Position numbers and translations under genes: made by a program. From Perkinsus chesapeaki ATCC PRA-425 (Eukaryota > Protista > Perkinsozoa), in assembly GCA_013115145.1 (NCBI GenBank), contig JAAPAO010000067.1:31111-95110 (forward strand): a stretch of DNA of 64,000 nt, in the 5' to 3' direction. This document shows positions 1-13,674 of this stretch, piece by piece (positions within the stretch are counted from its first letter, which is position 1; each line of letters starts with the position of its first letter). The notes beneath the pieces are model-generated. The model searched no databases. It worked only from the letters and a program-made list of their open reading frames with translations, and was not told the DNA's origin.

Positions 1-2904
1 TCAGCTGACAACACGGGCTCGTAGCGCCTGAGAAATCGGTATAGTCCTGGCAGCCTTGGCATGCTGCGAACTTTTGTAGCTTTGGGTTGATACCGGAGAC
101 CTTGCCTGCTGCAAAGGTACTCAAGAAGAACAATAATAAAAAGGTAAGTGTTACCATGAGAAAAAAAACTAATAGGTTTGATAGGGACAAAAACACTCAT
201 GTGGCGATTGATATAATAACGGTTGCGGAATGCGATTACGATCAAGTCATGTTCAATTTATCGAATTTGGGATCGTTCAATAAACCGATTTTGAAATTCA
301 GAATCGATTCCAGAACTGCTTTTAACACGTAAAATGCGATGCTGGAATCGATTCTTGGGTTTGACCGAGTAAATCTATCTCGGTAAAAAGCGCGCGCCCG
401 AAAAATCGCTTGTACAGGAATTGAAGAAGGGGGTTCAACCACCGTGGTTGACTACCACTGGTCGTAGATAGGTGTAAAGGCGTATGGTGTGATGGTGTAG
501 GAGGGGATCCTGAAGAATCATAGGAAAAAGAAACTTTCTTATACCCGTCTAAGATTCATGAATAGTAGTATAAATTACACTGTATAATCATCATCATCCA
601 GATAATATTGTTCAGTAATAGAACGGAGTTTATCGACAGAGTCTTTCCGTGACTCTCTCGAGTTATGGACCTCACGTTCGATAACTGTCTCTAGAACCCG
701 TCTGTAAGAACTGATGATAGGGTTAACAGCCGCTCCCACCCTGTTAACCAAGTCGTGGGCATTGGTTGTATGAACCAACTGTAAGAGGCCCAGTAGATTC
801 TGTGTAGATTCTGATAACGGGTAGAAGTAGGCGGGTAAGAACATATTTTTATATAGTACAGAAATGATGCACACATACACCAAGTAAAGTGGGGCATACT
901 AACGATGCCAGCTCAGCTGACTCAGCTGTCAGTTATAGTAATGAGTCCCTCTTTAATGAACTCGACCGATCTCGACAAGGTAACAGTAAACGCATGTTAC
1001 ATGCCACCACCCATACGCAAGCCGAAGACCGTCACAGCAGACTGCGTGTGAGCTTAAAGCGTCGCAAACACAAATAGCGTATCATTATCATCATCATCAC
1101 CGCCTCTTGTGTGATATGAAATCCTCGACCATTCTTCTTACATCATTCTCGAGTGCCTACAATGATACTTCTTGGCAGAAGGGCGAGTAGAACATATCGG
1201 ATGCCTGTCGGGGTTCGTGGATTCCACGAGACCGTCCAGAAGTCTGGCTGCACAAACTAAGCAGAAATATATCCTTTACTGCGGAGCCACAACAAGAAGC
1301 ATAATACAAAGTGTACATCTGGAGCAAAAAGAAACGCACCCGACTGCATTCCCTATATAATAATTCTCAACTCGCCAAGCTATTGTTCTTAAATAGATGA
1401 TGCGAACGTCATGCTGTCTCACAATGATAGAGTCCCCTGACGACTCTGATGAGGTCACAAGACTGTCTGTAGAGATCTGTTCCATCTCTTCAGCGAAGAC
1501 CCGATGATGAGTTGAGATTTCGGGGTTAAATGTGCCTGACCAAACCGAGTAATCGGAAGGACATAACGAAAAAAAGAATATTCAACAAAGAGCAGGCTTC
1601 ACTAAATGTTTCGAGCCGAGGTGGTCTTATGAGCTCACATTCCAACATTTCTTCCTCTACACGTGCCTTCCTCGCTGTAGCGTACATCGCATCTCTTCTC
1701 ATCTTACTCAGTATACCCCTACCAGTAGAGCTTCAATGCTAACTTTAACATAAATCCCGACCTCTCGTATAGTCTTTCGTGTACGCTCTTCCGGGACTGA
1801 GGCTCAACTTGAGCGCGACTCCGCAGCTTCTCTCCCTACATGAAAAGTAAGTCACCTAATGCAGCTTAGAATCCTTACGTTAAGGCCTGTGACAGCTCTG
1901 ATGCTTGGCTGGAATGTGCATTCGGACATCTCGATCATTCTGGCAACATATTCCCCATTATCATTTCTTCTCGTACGTCTCACCGATGCAGATCCGACTT
2001 AGCTTTCGTACGCCTCTTCCTGGATTCCAGGACTCTTTCAGTGCGGGACAGGAATTGCTCTATTCTGTCCGAGGCGTCCTCGGGAGCTTTAGTTGTACGA
2101 GCCTTCGGACTCTCTTCGAGCTCCAATCTGAAGCGGATAGATGGCTCCAATTTTACGACTTGAAAAAATAGCCACAAGCATTCCACATTATTCACACCGA
2201 ACGGGCATGCACGCGTGCGTTCGCAAAAGCTTCCGAGTAAGCGCTCATAGTTGCCGTGACTCCGGCGTGGGAGAGAGAATAGATCATTCAGACTAATTCA
2301 GATCGGAGAGATAATTGACCCCTCCAAGCTTGAGGATGGCAACAAGGAGTCGTCTGGCCTCAGAAATTGAAGATCGAAAAGTGTTACTGGTACTGAGATA
2401 CAAAGGAACTATGAGAATATGTTTCTGAGCCAATAAGATGCACTCCCCCCGAGGGGCATTCGATGTTCCTCTATGGCAGCCTCACATGTGGCGGAAGACT
2501 CTCGGTGTGGTCACTGGCATCCTCCTTGTTTTCCCTTTCCTCGCCAAAGTTATCGATTTCGGGCACATCTTTCTAAGTCCTGCTAAAGCCTTGGCCTCCA
2601 TCTCCTGTAAAGCTTCCGAATTTTCTTGCTTCTTTCTGCGAATATCTGCCTCCTTGTACCTAGTCGAACTCCTCTAGCTCCGCTAGAGTCATCTCGATGA
2701 TCATCCCTAATATGACTCCAACCGGGCTACATGGGCCATCACTTGGGCCGGGTCCTGCACAGAACCTTACAAACTTTCAAGCCGTTTCGTTGCTCTCCTA
2801 TAAGCCGCGATATCTTCATTTTTCCCCTTTCTCCTATTCGGCTGCTCTCTCTGCAGCATTTGCTTCACCACAGCATCACGGTATCTAGCGATAGGGGTAG
2901 TCAT
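1..2904 (-). CDS. Hypothetical multi-exon coiled-coil protein (3' end probably runs off the window)
   Basis: Stitched exons: MTTPIARYRDAVVKQMLQ...KRLESL|YKEADIRRKKQENSEALQEME; SVHERLYER; EEEMLEC|TFNPEIS; REVHNSRESRKDSVDKLRS. Charged, helical composition with GT-AG boundaries. No recognisable domain. Confidence 0.5.
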
Positions 2905-3299
2905 CCGACTATCTTTGAAGGGAGCCTCGAGCCGCTCGTCACTGGAGGCTATCCACACTCACAGCCTTCTGCTAGCTATTGCTGCGTTCCCCATACAATC
3001 TCCTTCCATTCGCACAATAGCGGGAGAGAACCCCCAACTGAGAAGGGAAGTCAGCGACGCACAATTAGTTTCTTGGTAGCCGGCCGAGTCTACCATCAGC
3101 CGGAAAGACGCCGAAGACGTTGGCAACGAGCCGCTTCTAGAGCTGTCGAGAACCGCTTGATTGGTCGCAATTATAGGTCAGGTGTTGCCGAGTATCAGTA
3201 GCAACGAAGGCTTGCTACTTGTCATAGAGACGCTGTCCGTCATTTTTCCTTCTTGCATGTTTTTCGGCTTGCTCCTTCCACCCACGGATCTGAAGAATG

Positions 3300-4660
3300 C
3301 CTGGTGTCGGTGAGGCTTACGGGAGCCGCTGTGAGCTATACTTTACACTGGGTAGTCGATATGTGATTGCGGAAACTCCCGAATACGATTATATTTGTGA
3401 CCCGGTGGTGCTCACTGGATCAACATAGACTAGCCCTCCCTGATCGAGTATCTCCCTGCTCTTCTTCATGCCAGGCCGATCGATTGGATGAAAAACCTAA
3501 AGTCCATTTCATCTCAAACAGCACTTGTCAACTCGCCCCGTGCCCACGCGGCACCCGAGTTCAGAACATCCATGTGTGCGAAACATCACGTCCGGAAAGA
3601 TAGACAGGCAGGTAACCATCAGATTCGAGTCGGACTATGATTAAATGGTCCTGCTTACGCATTCAGCCATAGTCTGCATTTCAACCGCTGTCTTCTTTTC
3701 TGCGATGGCGGCATCACCTGGGAACGCATAGGCTATGCCAAGCAAGTCTCATACGGCTCATCTGCCACCCTTTGCCGAAATCAGCCTCTAGTGGTGATAG
3801 CCGTGGTGAAGGGTCTTCTCGTGACCATTGTCTCGGTGTTTTCTTACCAAGGCTATGATAGGGAAACTGAGCCAAGTAGCTGAGCACGCTTGGGGAACTG
3901 AGCAGTAGTTGAGAAGGCTGGATCCAGCTTTACCGTTTCGCTCCCTGTAGGACTGCCTTGGTCATTACGAATAAGCCGACGAGGCGGGGTCCTCTTAGGG
4001 CGCGGAGAAGGAATCGACATGAAGTTGATACTCTATCACGCATTCCTCATGCCAGCCACGTCGAAATTATCTTCAAATCGCGCCCCGCAGGCCGTGAGCC
4101 CCAATGTGAGCGCTGAGTTGAAACAGTGACTAACGTCCATTGTGGCTCCATCGGGCTCATCTCTCAATTTCTCGTCCAATGATAAGAGAGCCCCGGACAC
4201 CGCCATGAGACCCTGTTTCAAAGCGAGGTCTCCTCGAGAGATACCGTGTCATTGGCAATTTGCCATTCAGTTATTTAGCAATGCGATACCCTGCGCTCGT
4301 CTCATCAACACGTCTATTTACGCGATTTTGCTTTCGCGGGTCCCGAATCCGAGGGATCAACTTCCGAGTAACCTTCTATTCAATTGCTAGGCTAACTTTT
4401 ACGAGTGGCGAGTATTAAGCATATTTGGCAGTTTCCGAAGAGATGCTCGCGAGCTCGTCACCAGCAACCTTTACTCTCAGTAATCGCTGGAGGGCTAGCT
4501 CTCGCCGCCTAGCCGGCTGGCTCTATGCCCCTCTACAAGTGGCTGTCCCTGAGCCTCTGACCAATAGTTCGCGGAGTTCTCGCTTACACTGTTGTAACAA
4601 CACAAAGCAGATTCATTACTTGATAAAAAACTACGCGATTAAGAAATGAAACTGTTTCGG
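3300..4660. mobile_element. Possible degenerate repeat or TE-derived segment
   Basis: Intergenic, GC-richer, broken coding-like frames with no intron pattern. No diagnostic motif seen. Confidence 0.2.
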
Positions 4661-4830
4661 ACAAATCACATTTAACTAGAACCACGTATAAAAACTCATA
4701 GTCGATCACGTCCGCCACGCACGTTGCCTTACAACTTGGCTCTTGAAAATGATGTAGACGTGGTAGGTATAGACATCGGCATTGATGGACTAAAATTCAG
4801 AAAAATTCTCAAGTGCAATTCTTGCGCGCC

Positions 4831-7800
4831 TCACTCCCGTCCAAAGGCCTTTAGCTTCTCCAACAGCTCTTCATGTCGAGCTTCGATCCCATGCCGGGAC
4901 AGCTTGTTGGTGGCGGTTAAACATCTGACATCAGTGTTAAAGCATACCACATGCACCCAACACTGACTCAACTAGCATGCTGGAAAATTTGGGAAATACG
5001 AAAGACTTTCGATTTCTATGCCCGGACTGCAGTGAGAGCTCAGCAGCAGCAACCAGACACGAGAGGCTCGAAATTTCCCACTTGCTCCCCTTGCTAGGGT
5101 GCCTCCGCCCGGTGAAGAGATGCTCCAATAATGTTAATGGATGGAACACTCAGCCGAGATTCCGCAGATCTTCCAAGATATTGCCTATCGCGTATCGAGT
5201 TCCTTACTTGTTCTCAGGAGTCCATGGGTCATTCAACAATACCACCGCACATAGCTGCTCCAAAGGAGACAGCTTCCCGACCTTCCAGCACTTCCTCAAA
5301 GAATCCATCACCTGCCCAGATTTGAACCACCATCACACCTTGGCCATTCGCCCTACCGCTTTGTTGGCCTCGGGCTTCCTGATAAGCTCCTCATAGGTGG
5401 CATATTGTACGTTTGCAGACTTTGCCCAATTAATAAGGTTATCCTTATTCACTTGAACCATCGCTACTGGCCTATCCAGGCCACCTAACACCAACTCAGC
5501 TATCTCGAAACACAAGAAAATCGAAGGACCGGGCATTTTTCTCACTTTCCACCACGCAAGTTTCTTCTCACCTAGGCTGCTACTAAACGGAGTGTTCTAA
5601 AACTAAAGGATATTCCGACACTTGTTGACGAGCTGCTGCTGCTGCTGTTGCTGACCCATCCCCCACTATCCTACCATCGCCGTAACACATTATACCGCCA
5701 TTAACAGCATCAATAAAGGGCGAGCTGCCGTACACGAGTTCCATATTCTCCAAGGCTATGTACCTACAATGGGGAGCTTGACGCACAAGTGGTAATGGTG
5801 AACTCACTCTCCTCCGCGCAGCTTCACAAGATTCTTTACGCGGTCTATCAGCTGCAAACTGCCATCCGCGAGGAACTGCCCAACATCACCGGAGTAGAAC
5901 CAGCCGTCGGGTTTGAACCTAATAAAAATGGTAAAGAAAAATCGCTTCGCTCCGCTAGCATACGCCTCTTTTGTCTTCTCCGGTAGTTTATAATAGCCAC
6001 TTGTCACACAAGGCCCGCGAATTAACACCTCACCGCGACCTGCCCAGAAATTGACCAGACGAAATCCACTAGACATACCTATAACCCGTTTGCCGTTAGC
6101 GGCCCTAGTATCCTTCGATAAGTATGGCTTCCCGTGACGGTCCAAGATCTCCGGCTCACCCTTGGCATCGAGGCAGGAACGGAGCTTAATCTCAACACCA
6201 GGAATGGGCGGGCCGACTACTCCAGTGCGAAGGTCATCAACTCTGAAGACAGCAAAAATAATACTTCTAAATGGACCACTGCGCGAGACCGAGGCTGAAG
6301 GAAAATATAGTGGTCACTTTTTTATACGTACTAGGTATTGCTGCGCTCGAATACTCGTTGAATCTCTTCACTTACTAACGTGTATTTGAGAAAACGTTCC
6401 AAGGCGAGAGGGCGCGAGAATCGACCTCAATTCTACCCCCCCCCGAACCCCTGGGCTCGCCCGAAGATTAGCAGTGTAGTTGCTGCCTATCACACTTCTA
6501 AACTTCAAGGAGATATTCGAAAGCATTATAAATTAGGATGACCTAATTTAACCCCGCCGACCGCCACTTACAACTGTATGGTCGATCCAGCGTTGGTCTC
6601 GGTAAGTCCGTAACCCTGAATTATTCGGCATCCGAAGGCCGTTCTTATCCACCTCTGCACATCGCCAGATAAGGGTCCACCACCAGACACACACAACCTG
6701 GCAATTAAAGCTTTTCCAGCCGACGACGCTCGATGAACTCACGAAATGCGACCTCCAAAGAGGGCCTTGAACTTAGAAAAGACAAGACGATCGAATATAG
6801 GCGTAAATCTGCCATCTGAAAAATGGCATCAAATTCAACCAAACCAACCGCTATGTCACTTTCGATGGCCTTCGCTTTGGACTCGAACGCCGCATTGATC
6901 AGACTTCGCTTGGTTGCTGAAGAACACAATCGAAAGAGTGCTGCTGGTAAGTTCAAGGCTTACGAGATTCCGCGGCAATCTTGGCAAGTGCCCCTTTCAT
7001 AATGACGTCATAGATCTTGGGCACCCCAATGAAGATATGCGGTTTGAACTCCTCCAAAGCTCCATGTGGCTTACTTAGAGTAACCGTCAAGCTCTCTGAG
7101 AAGGAAAGATCGAGCCAGATGCGATATTAAGAGCTTCCTCTACTGGGGTCGGCAAAGCCTATCCTGGCACCGGTGCTCAGACACCCAAGGTGAACTATGA
7201 GCTCGAAGATATGCGCAAGAGGCAGGTACCTGCGGAGGAAATGGATCGAGTAGCAACTCAGGTGTGTTGATTGATCAAAGGATGCCGGTGCTTCCGCCAG
7301 AGAGGAACGCATCCAGCGTCCCCATATCGATTCGAGATTCCGAAAGCACTGGTTGTAACCAAGTGGTTTCCGACCCTAGCCGTGACTAGCCCGGGGCTTA
7401 CGAAATATGCGTGAAGTTGGCCGGCAGCCCGTGTAGCACCAGAGGTGTCACCGAGCGCATGCACGCCACTGTCTGACCGTGCTTTATTACAACACCCTTC
7501 GGATTTCCAGTAGTGCCTGAATGATTACTGAAATCGACAAGAAAACCCGTCCAAAAAAGTCCCCGGAAATTCCCAAAGGCTATCGTACTGAAATCGACAA
7601 GAAACCCGTCCAAAAAAGTCCCCAGAAATTCCCAAAGGCTATCGTACTGAAATCGACAAGAAAACCCGTCCAAAAAAGTCCCCAGAAATTCCCAAAGGCT
7701 ATCGTACTGAAATCGACAAGAAAATTCCAAGTCCGAAGGAAGCCAAAAAATATCCCATCACTGAGTGGTCACCTGAAGTATACATAATAATAGCAACACT

Positions 7801-9609
7801 CTCCTTCTTTGGGGGCACTGGAGGGAACTCGCTCACTGCACTCTGACCACGTTTGAGGAGATCCTCGAAGCGAATGATCTCAATGCCATGGGTATCTGAC
7901 AAGTGTACGGTAGTCAGTTACAAGTGGTATGAAACTAACTATGGACGATGTCTCTCTGTGGAGCAGAGAACTGGAAAACTTGGAATACGTGAGCATTTGT
8001 AGTTAATAACAATTGGTCGTATAGTAATTGATAGGACTTACTGAGCCCACCAGCTCACTCAAGTACTCATATAAATATAACGAATAGTCCAGCATTTCTA
8101 CAAGGATTTTTTGATGCAAGTAACGCACAATAATCCATGACCCTTCTAGAGCCTATCAACAATTAAATTGACCTTCACCTTAACCACGTAAGGATAAGAA
8201 ATATCCCAACAAACGGGTATACAGAACGCTTCGCGACCATTAAGCGACCTCCCTACGAAGCATATGGCATATCCAAGACGGGCCGTACCGAAACGAAACG
8301 CACTACTGCTAGTGTTAGAGTGACGCCAAATTGACTAATAACTCTTCAACATTGCTTACCATCGATCTCCAGTGGTCTGAGTCTGTCCTTTTTCTCCACA
8401 CCTTCATCAGTGTAAATGATATGCCTCAGGGATGGCATTGTATCACGAGCAGCTATAACTCCAGCAACCTATTATCAATAATTTCGTGGCGCAGTGACGA
8501 AATTCAGCTTACATTCTTCCTGTTACAAAGCAGAGTCGTGCCCTGACCTTCCATGAAAGCCTGTGCCACCGCGTCAGGTCCAAGTGTGCCTGGGGGTGAA
8601 TCTTTCCGAGTGAGTTGGCCTCCTCAGTTACTTACCGTAAATAGTCATGACCACCATGCTCTGCGACCAAGCTCCCAAAGCTGCTGTGATCCACTCGGCA
8701 CAGGTGTCCTCGAAAATAACTAGGGAGATCGGACCGGTCTGAAATACAGAGACCCCCTGCAATAGAAGCCAAGTTTATCCTTCATCATTTATAGCATTGA
8801 TTTCAAAAGTTGAATCTTTCATCAAGCCAGGAGATCATCGCAATGGTTTTCGATATCATCAACGGGAGAATCCTGAGGAGCTCTTGAAGCGCCGTGAATG
8901 TCGTTTAATATTCAAGAAAGCTTATTTCGAGTAAGCTTAGTGAGTATCACCCGACCTTACCAATGTGTCAACATCTCCAACATGTGGCGGTTGGGGGTTG
9001 TTGCCAATACAACGAAGACCGGCTCCAAATGCCAATACTCTTTTTTGAACTTGACGATATGTACCTGAAAACCGCAGTATTGGAATATCAAAGTCAATCT
9101 TACGCCATGTAGTCTTGCCGAACTCCTTGCCAGGTGCTGGCTGGCCCATGTCAACGAACCGCAGTAGCTCTCGAGTGCCTTGGCACTGAGCTTTACTGTG
9201 ACTGAATAACAACAGTGTATCAGAGACCAGCCATAAAGCTCGGAAGGTATCAGCTGACGCTCCAAGTCGGTAAGATGAAACGTGAGAGCGGATTCATTAA
9301 CTTACGTTTTAGCAGCAAAGGTGAAGACATCATGGAGCGACTGAGCTGAGGGGTCCCACGGCAGACCCTCTCCTCGAGCCGACATGCCAGTGCGACATCT
9401 TGCTGGAGCTTCCTAAAATGCCCCAAGCAAGAATTGAACCGAGGGTCTTTGGATACCGAGCCTACCGTATTGCCAGGATCGGGATAGGGGCTGGGCTCTG
9501 AGTTGGACATCGTTGCTGGATCGGTTGGTCTGAAGGCTGAACGTATGGGACCAGCGGCGGGTACGGCCCAAGTGAGGTAGTCGAGACCCTTCACGAGCTC
9601 ACCGATCAT
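4831..9609 (-). CDS. ACSL: Long-chain fatty acyl-CoA synthetase (multi-exon; a further 5' exon near 10177 is possible)
   Basis: AMP-binding motif split by an intron (IIMYTSG|TTGNPKGV). Also [73 protein letters not shown]. Stop after KLKAFGRE at 4831. Confidence 0.9.
7527..7724. repeat. ~60-nt tandem repeat, about 3.3 copies, inside an ACSL intron
   Basis: Unit ACTGAAATCGACAAGAAAACCCGTCCAAAAAAGTCCCCAGAAATTCCCAAAGGCTATCGT starts at 7527, 7587, 7646 and (partially) 7706. Confidence 0.95.
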
Positions 9610-10599
9610 TTAGAGGAGATTACAATAACTACAATATGACTGGAGCATTTCAGAGGGAGACGTTAAGTGAAGGGAATGCGAAATATAGCGAGTGAGAAGC
9701 TACTTGAACGATGAAGCGGAGGAGTTATCATAAGATATGATTCACAATGACACACAGTACAATTTTCTCGAGTCCAAATGTTATTGAAGCTACTTGACTT
9801 TGGAGTCAATTGAACAACCCACGGAGTATCATTCGAGTTCGACACCATAATCGGCAGATATTTCATCTCGCCGATCAGAAAGATACTTATTAGCTCAGAA
9901 TGATGTTCCCTAGCATGCCTTCGCTACTATTACTATGCAAGTCATTTCAAACCAGTAGTGAGTGCTCCTTTCTTCAACTGGGAAAAATCAATTTTTATAT
10001 ATTGGGCGCGCGCTAGTTTCCTGCGCAGGCGTACGCGTTTGGACGGCTGTCCTGTTTCGCAACGTGTCACGGTCCCACAGGCACCTTATCTTGGGGATAG
10101 GTACCAGGTGCCTTGAGGGGCCGGGTCACCTATTCCACACCTTGCCCTCTACGCACTTTGCCTCGTGAGACTCACTCATAATCGTTGGATAAAAAGGCGA
10201 CCCTACGTCTCCAGCGAGTGAATAATGTTAAACATAGCAAAATCGGTCGATCCTTGATCTATGTTGTTTGTGTACATTTAAATACAGGTTAAGTTGGATT
10301 CCGGAAACATGGGACACACAGCGGAACTCGCGAAGCATGAGCGCACGCGTGACACGTGTTGAGGACGCCACTGGGGCAGCAAGCACTGGAGGCCCCCGGC
10401 CCCATGCGATTAGCGCATGGGGCACCGGGTGTCGGCACCCCACAACCCAAACCGAACATAAGACCACCCGGCTGCGGTATGCACGGGTTACTTAACTCTT
10501 GAAATGCCTATAGTCAGCCCTCAGCTGCAAAGCAGGTCCACGTGCGATATGCGGTTAAATTTAATTAAACGCTGCGAGAAATTACCTCCCTTAATGCCA

Positions 10600-10900
10600 T
10601 TCAACAGACTATTTTCTCGAGGCTGGTTCAATCCGTTCAGGTGAACGTGGTCATAAAACTTGTGGCCCAATTGAGAAAGGCAAGCGATAGACATTTTAAC
10701 ATCGCTACGGTTATTCTACGACTTCTAGTGGACACAATTGAAGTCTCGCGCTTGCAGGAGCGCATTGGATCTCCAAGACGTCGATCTCTTTGGAGGATAG
10801 GAGAGAATTCTCCCAGCCGCGAAGCATGTACAGAGTCACTATCTTGGACAAACGTCATGGGTTTCTGACGTTCTCATTGAATTGATGCCAAACAAGGACT
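10600..10900 (-). mobile_element. Degenerate LTR-retrotransposon pol fragment
   Basis: Stop-interrupted frame containing VYRLPF, which resembles the PYRLP segment preceding RT in Ty3/Gypsy pol. Confidence 0.3.
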
Positions 10901-11355
10901 GCGATCGAGAACACTTGTAAGGGATGCTATTTGGGTGTTCCGTTATGCTTCACAGTTAACACAACAGTTAGGAAGATACCCAACAATAATGATATGTAAC
11001 AAGAGCAATCACCGGACAATTAGCTAAGGCGGTAGTTATTGTGTAGCTAGAATCATATGAGTGTGCAGGACCTGCACCTGGTGTATGTCTGGAAATACAA
11101 CGCGCCTCCGGTCATGCCACAAAACGAAGTTACTTCATACTTATTGAGACTCAACTCGAGAATTCATTTAACCAGAGAATTTCTTTGACTAAAGAGATGT
11201 AGAGCCTGTGTCTAAATGGCCCATTTTGAAGTCACGCTTGTACGGAGCGTGTTTTTGTCTCTGACATTCGCTATAATAATAGATGTGGTAATGAGAAGAA
11301 TAAATGTAGCGTAAAGCCACAAGGACACCTTACTACGCTGAGCGTAGCACAACGA

Positions 11356-13674
11356 TTAGGACTCGTCTAATCGAGCAAAAGATACTTTATGTAATGAAGC
11401 ATCGAACTGAGTATAATAGTTCCTGAAATAAGGCTTACCAAGGAACCACTTATCTCTGTGATCCGGATGCAGAATTTCGCCAAAGAGAACCCTGCAAGTA
11501 CCACAATCAATAGTACTAGGAGCTGTATAATCTTCTGGTTTGAATGTAATTTTAACCTCACCTCCGCCATAACGTTGTAACACTATATGTACATCCGGTA
11601 ACTTCTTAACATCTTTACATAAAACCGTCCACCCTTGCTTAGCGTCCTTAACTTCTAGCTTATCCAACGTAGCCTTATTCAGAGCACTGGCCATCTCGTC
11701 TATGAGGTTATCAAGAGCATATGTTGGAGCATATATTAGTGGATAGGCACTGGCGAACCCAACCTCGCTGAAGTCTTTCACCTTACCAAACGGTGTGGAT
11801 TGCCCATTTCTAGTAGTATAACCTCGTATACCATTGACCCTAGGCCAAGTGCTGTTGTCAATTGGTCTTAGTGCACTACTCAGCTTACCTTCTGTAAGTG
11901 AGGGAGGGAGTCTAAACCCACCGAGAGAAAGGATCCCGAGGGCGTCAGTGGGCGAACGTTGACCATAGATAGAGAACTGTTTATGATTCTCTAGAGGTAG
12001 TTTACTCATTTGAGACAGTAGTGAAGGTCCTAGTAGTGACGTATCTGGGAAGGCAAGTCCAAGAGACTGGTAACCATTAGGATAGGCGCTGGATCCAAAC
12101 TCTGAAACCGCAGTTATTGGAATCTTCACCGAAGTTGCTCCAATGGTCACGTAAGTGCCCTCGAGCGAGTAAATAGAACGATTGGTTAACATAGGATCTG
12201 TGTATTGTATTGGTACCTTATTTGGACAGTCGTGACTGTTGAGCGCTGCCGTGCAGCTATAGCACTCCTCCGGACGGCCACAACCTTCGCTCAGGATCGT
12301 CTTATCCAGGAGTATGATAGAATCCACCGAAGTATCAGCAACAACGTTGAGAGGTTGACGATCCACTGTTAAAATAGTTACCATGTCGTAGTCCAGAGCA
12401 AGTTGGATAGAGCCGTAGAGGGACGACGGCTTGGACTTCTGGTTGAAGTAGATCCTATTCTTTGGTTTGAACGAGAACGCCATATTATTAGCCCGGAATG
12501 CCGGCCAACCCAAAATAACATATGGCCTGTTATTATTTTGATTCAGTCTGGTAAAACTATCATCTTTAGGAGCACCGAATAGCCATCTACATCTACCATC
12601 ACGTTTGTCGCCCAAAGGCATGACAGTTGCCCAATTCGGGATCAGAAAGCTCCTGGTGGTTGATCCGTGAGCGAAGAAGACAAAGTTGAACTCCCAGTCA
12701 GGTAAATCGTCCACCACTTCACATGGGATAGTGTACCCTTCGATGGCATCTTCGACCGCAATCTTGGTCAAAAAGTGCCCTGTCCTTTTGAGAGCATCAT
12801 TCACAGCCTTAATGTATTTAGAGTACAGGTCCTCACTTCTAACATAAACCAGCGGTGCCCCGGAAACGATACCACAGAATGGAGCAACGGGTCCGTGGTT
12901 CCACCCGGCACTGGCATATAGTGTCCGGGAATTGCCGCCAAAATTGGCAGCTACAGAACCAGCCGAACCCATGTAGTGACTTTGGCGAAGATCCTTGAAG
13001 AGCTTCCTGAGATCCTCGTGGAAGTCAAATGCATCATTCTCAAAGAAGCCCTCCTTTTCGGGGTCGAGGCCATATTTTACACTTCCCGGTGGACCAAGCG
13101 GAGAGTCTGCCGAGAAAATGCCGAATGCACAATGTTCAGCGAGCTTATTGGGCGCACCATAGAGTTGCTCGAAGAATAGCCCTTCGGCGGTGCTTTCCTT
13201 CCCTTGTACGCCAGCAAAGCCAAGACCAAACCTAGTGTCAACAGGGCTCTCAACCCCCGGTCTTTTGTCATCAGGCTCCAAGTATACGATATGCTGTATA
13301 TTCATACTCTTCGTTTTGTTACCATCTAACGATACTTCAGCGGTAGTATCAGCAAAACGCTGGGCATAACCATAGTACCCAGAATCGGTTGCTGCAGTAA
13401 TTGGAGCTCGGGGGCAACGCTCATAACAGTTGTAGCACTTGTCGCCCGAGCAAGTGCGTTCGTGACCAAAGGCTCCTCGTGGCTGATGGGTATGAAGCCT
13501 TACCGAAGGGGCACCGGTATCGACAGTCCCAAGTACAATCTGGCCGTCGAACATGATGGTCGAACGGAAATCGTAGGTTAAAGGCAAGGATACTTGGCAG
13601 TCTACCAGCAGCATCAATGTCGACCCACACAGAAGGTACCAACACAAGGTGATAGAGTATAATGAGTGTTCCAT
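11356..13674 (-). CDS. Secreted intronless pepsin-like (A1) protein with two tandem protease modules, probably catalytically impaired
   Basis: Single long ORF. Likely start MEHSLYSITLCWYLLCGSTLMLLVDC (signal-like). Module 1: VDTGAP...ILGWPAFRANNMAF. Module 2: VADTSVD...FLGKPYFRNYYTQFD...VSFA. Confidence 0.8.
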   Translation of the reverse strand: MEHSLYSITLCWYLLCGSTLMLLVDCQVSLPLTYDFRSTIMFDGQIVLGTVDTGAPSVRLHTHQPRGAFGHERTCSGDKCYNCYERCPRAPITAATDSGYYGYAQRFADTTAEVSLDGNKTKSMNIQHIVYLEPDDKRPGVESPVDTRFGLGFAGVQGKESTAEGLFFEQLYGAPNKLAEHCAFGIFSADSPLGPPGSVKYGLDPEKEGFFENDAFDFHEDLRKLFKDLRQSHYMGSAGSVAANFGGNSRTLYASAGWNHGPVAPFCGIVSGAPLVYVRSEDLYSKYIKAVNDALKRTGHFLTKIAVEDAIEGYTIPCEVVDDLPDWEFNFVFFAHGSTTRSFLIPNWATVMPLGDKRDGRCRWLFGAPKDDSFTRLNQNNNRPYVILGWPAFRANNMAFSFKPKNRIYFNQKSKPSSLYGSIQLALDYDMVTILTVDRQPLNVVADTSVDSIILLDKTILSEGCGRPEECYSCTAALNSHDCPNKVPIQYTDPMLTNRSIYSLEGTYVTIGATSVKIPITAVSEFGSSAYPNGYQSLGLAFPDTSLLGPSLLSQMSKLPLENHKQFSIYGQRSPTDALGILSLGGFRLPPSLTEGKLSSALRPIDNSTWPRVNGIRGYTTRNGQSTPFGKVKDFSEVGFASAYPLIYAPTYALDNLIDEMASALNKATLDKLEVKDAKQGWTVLCKDVKKLPDVHIVLQRYGGGEVKITFKPEDYTAPSTIDCGTCRVLFGEILHPDHRDKWFLGKPYFRNYYTQFDASLHKVSFARLDES

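Noticed and set aside
7398-7787. Repetitive ORFs, or a CRISPR-like array
   Set aside because: Contiguous tandem units with no unique spacers, inside an intron. The ORFs are by-products of the repeat.
4831-9609. Acyl-CoA synthetase as the missing MenE (OSB-CoA ligase) of a men cluster
   Set aside because: Length and the motif [19 protein letters not shown] are typical of eukaryotic long-chain acyl-CoA synthetases. It is also ~8 kb away on the opposite strand with unrelated genes in between.
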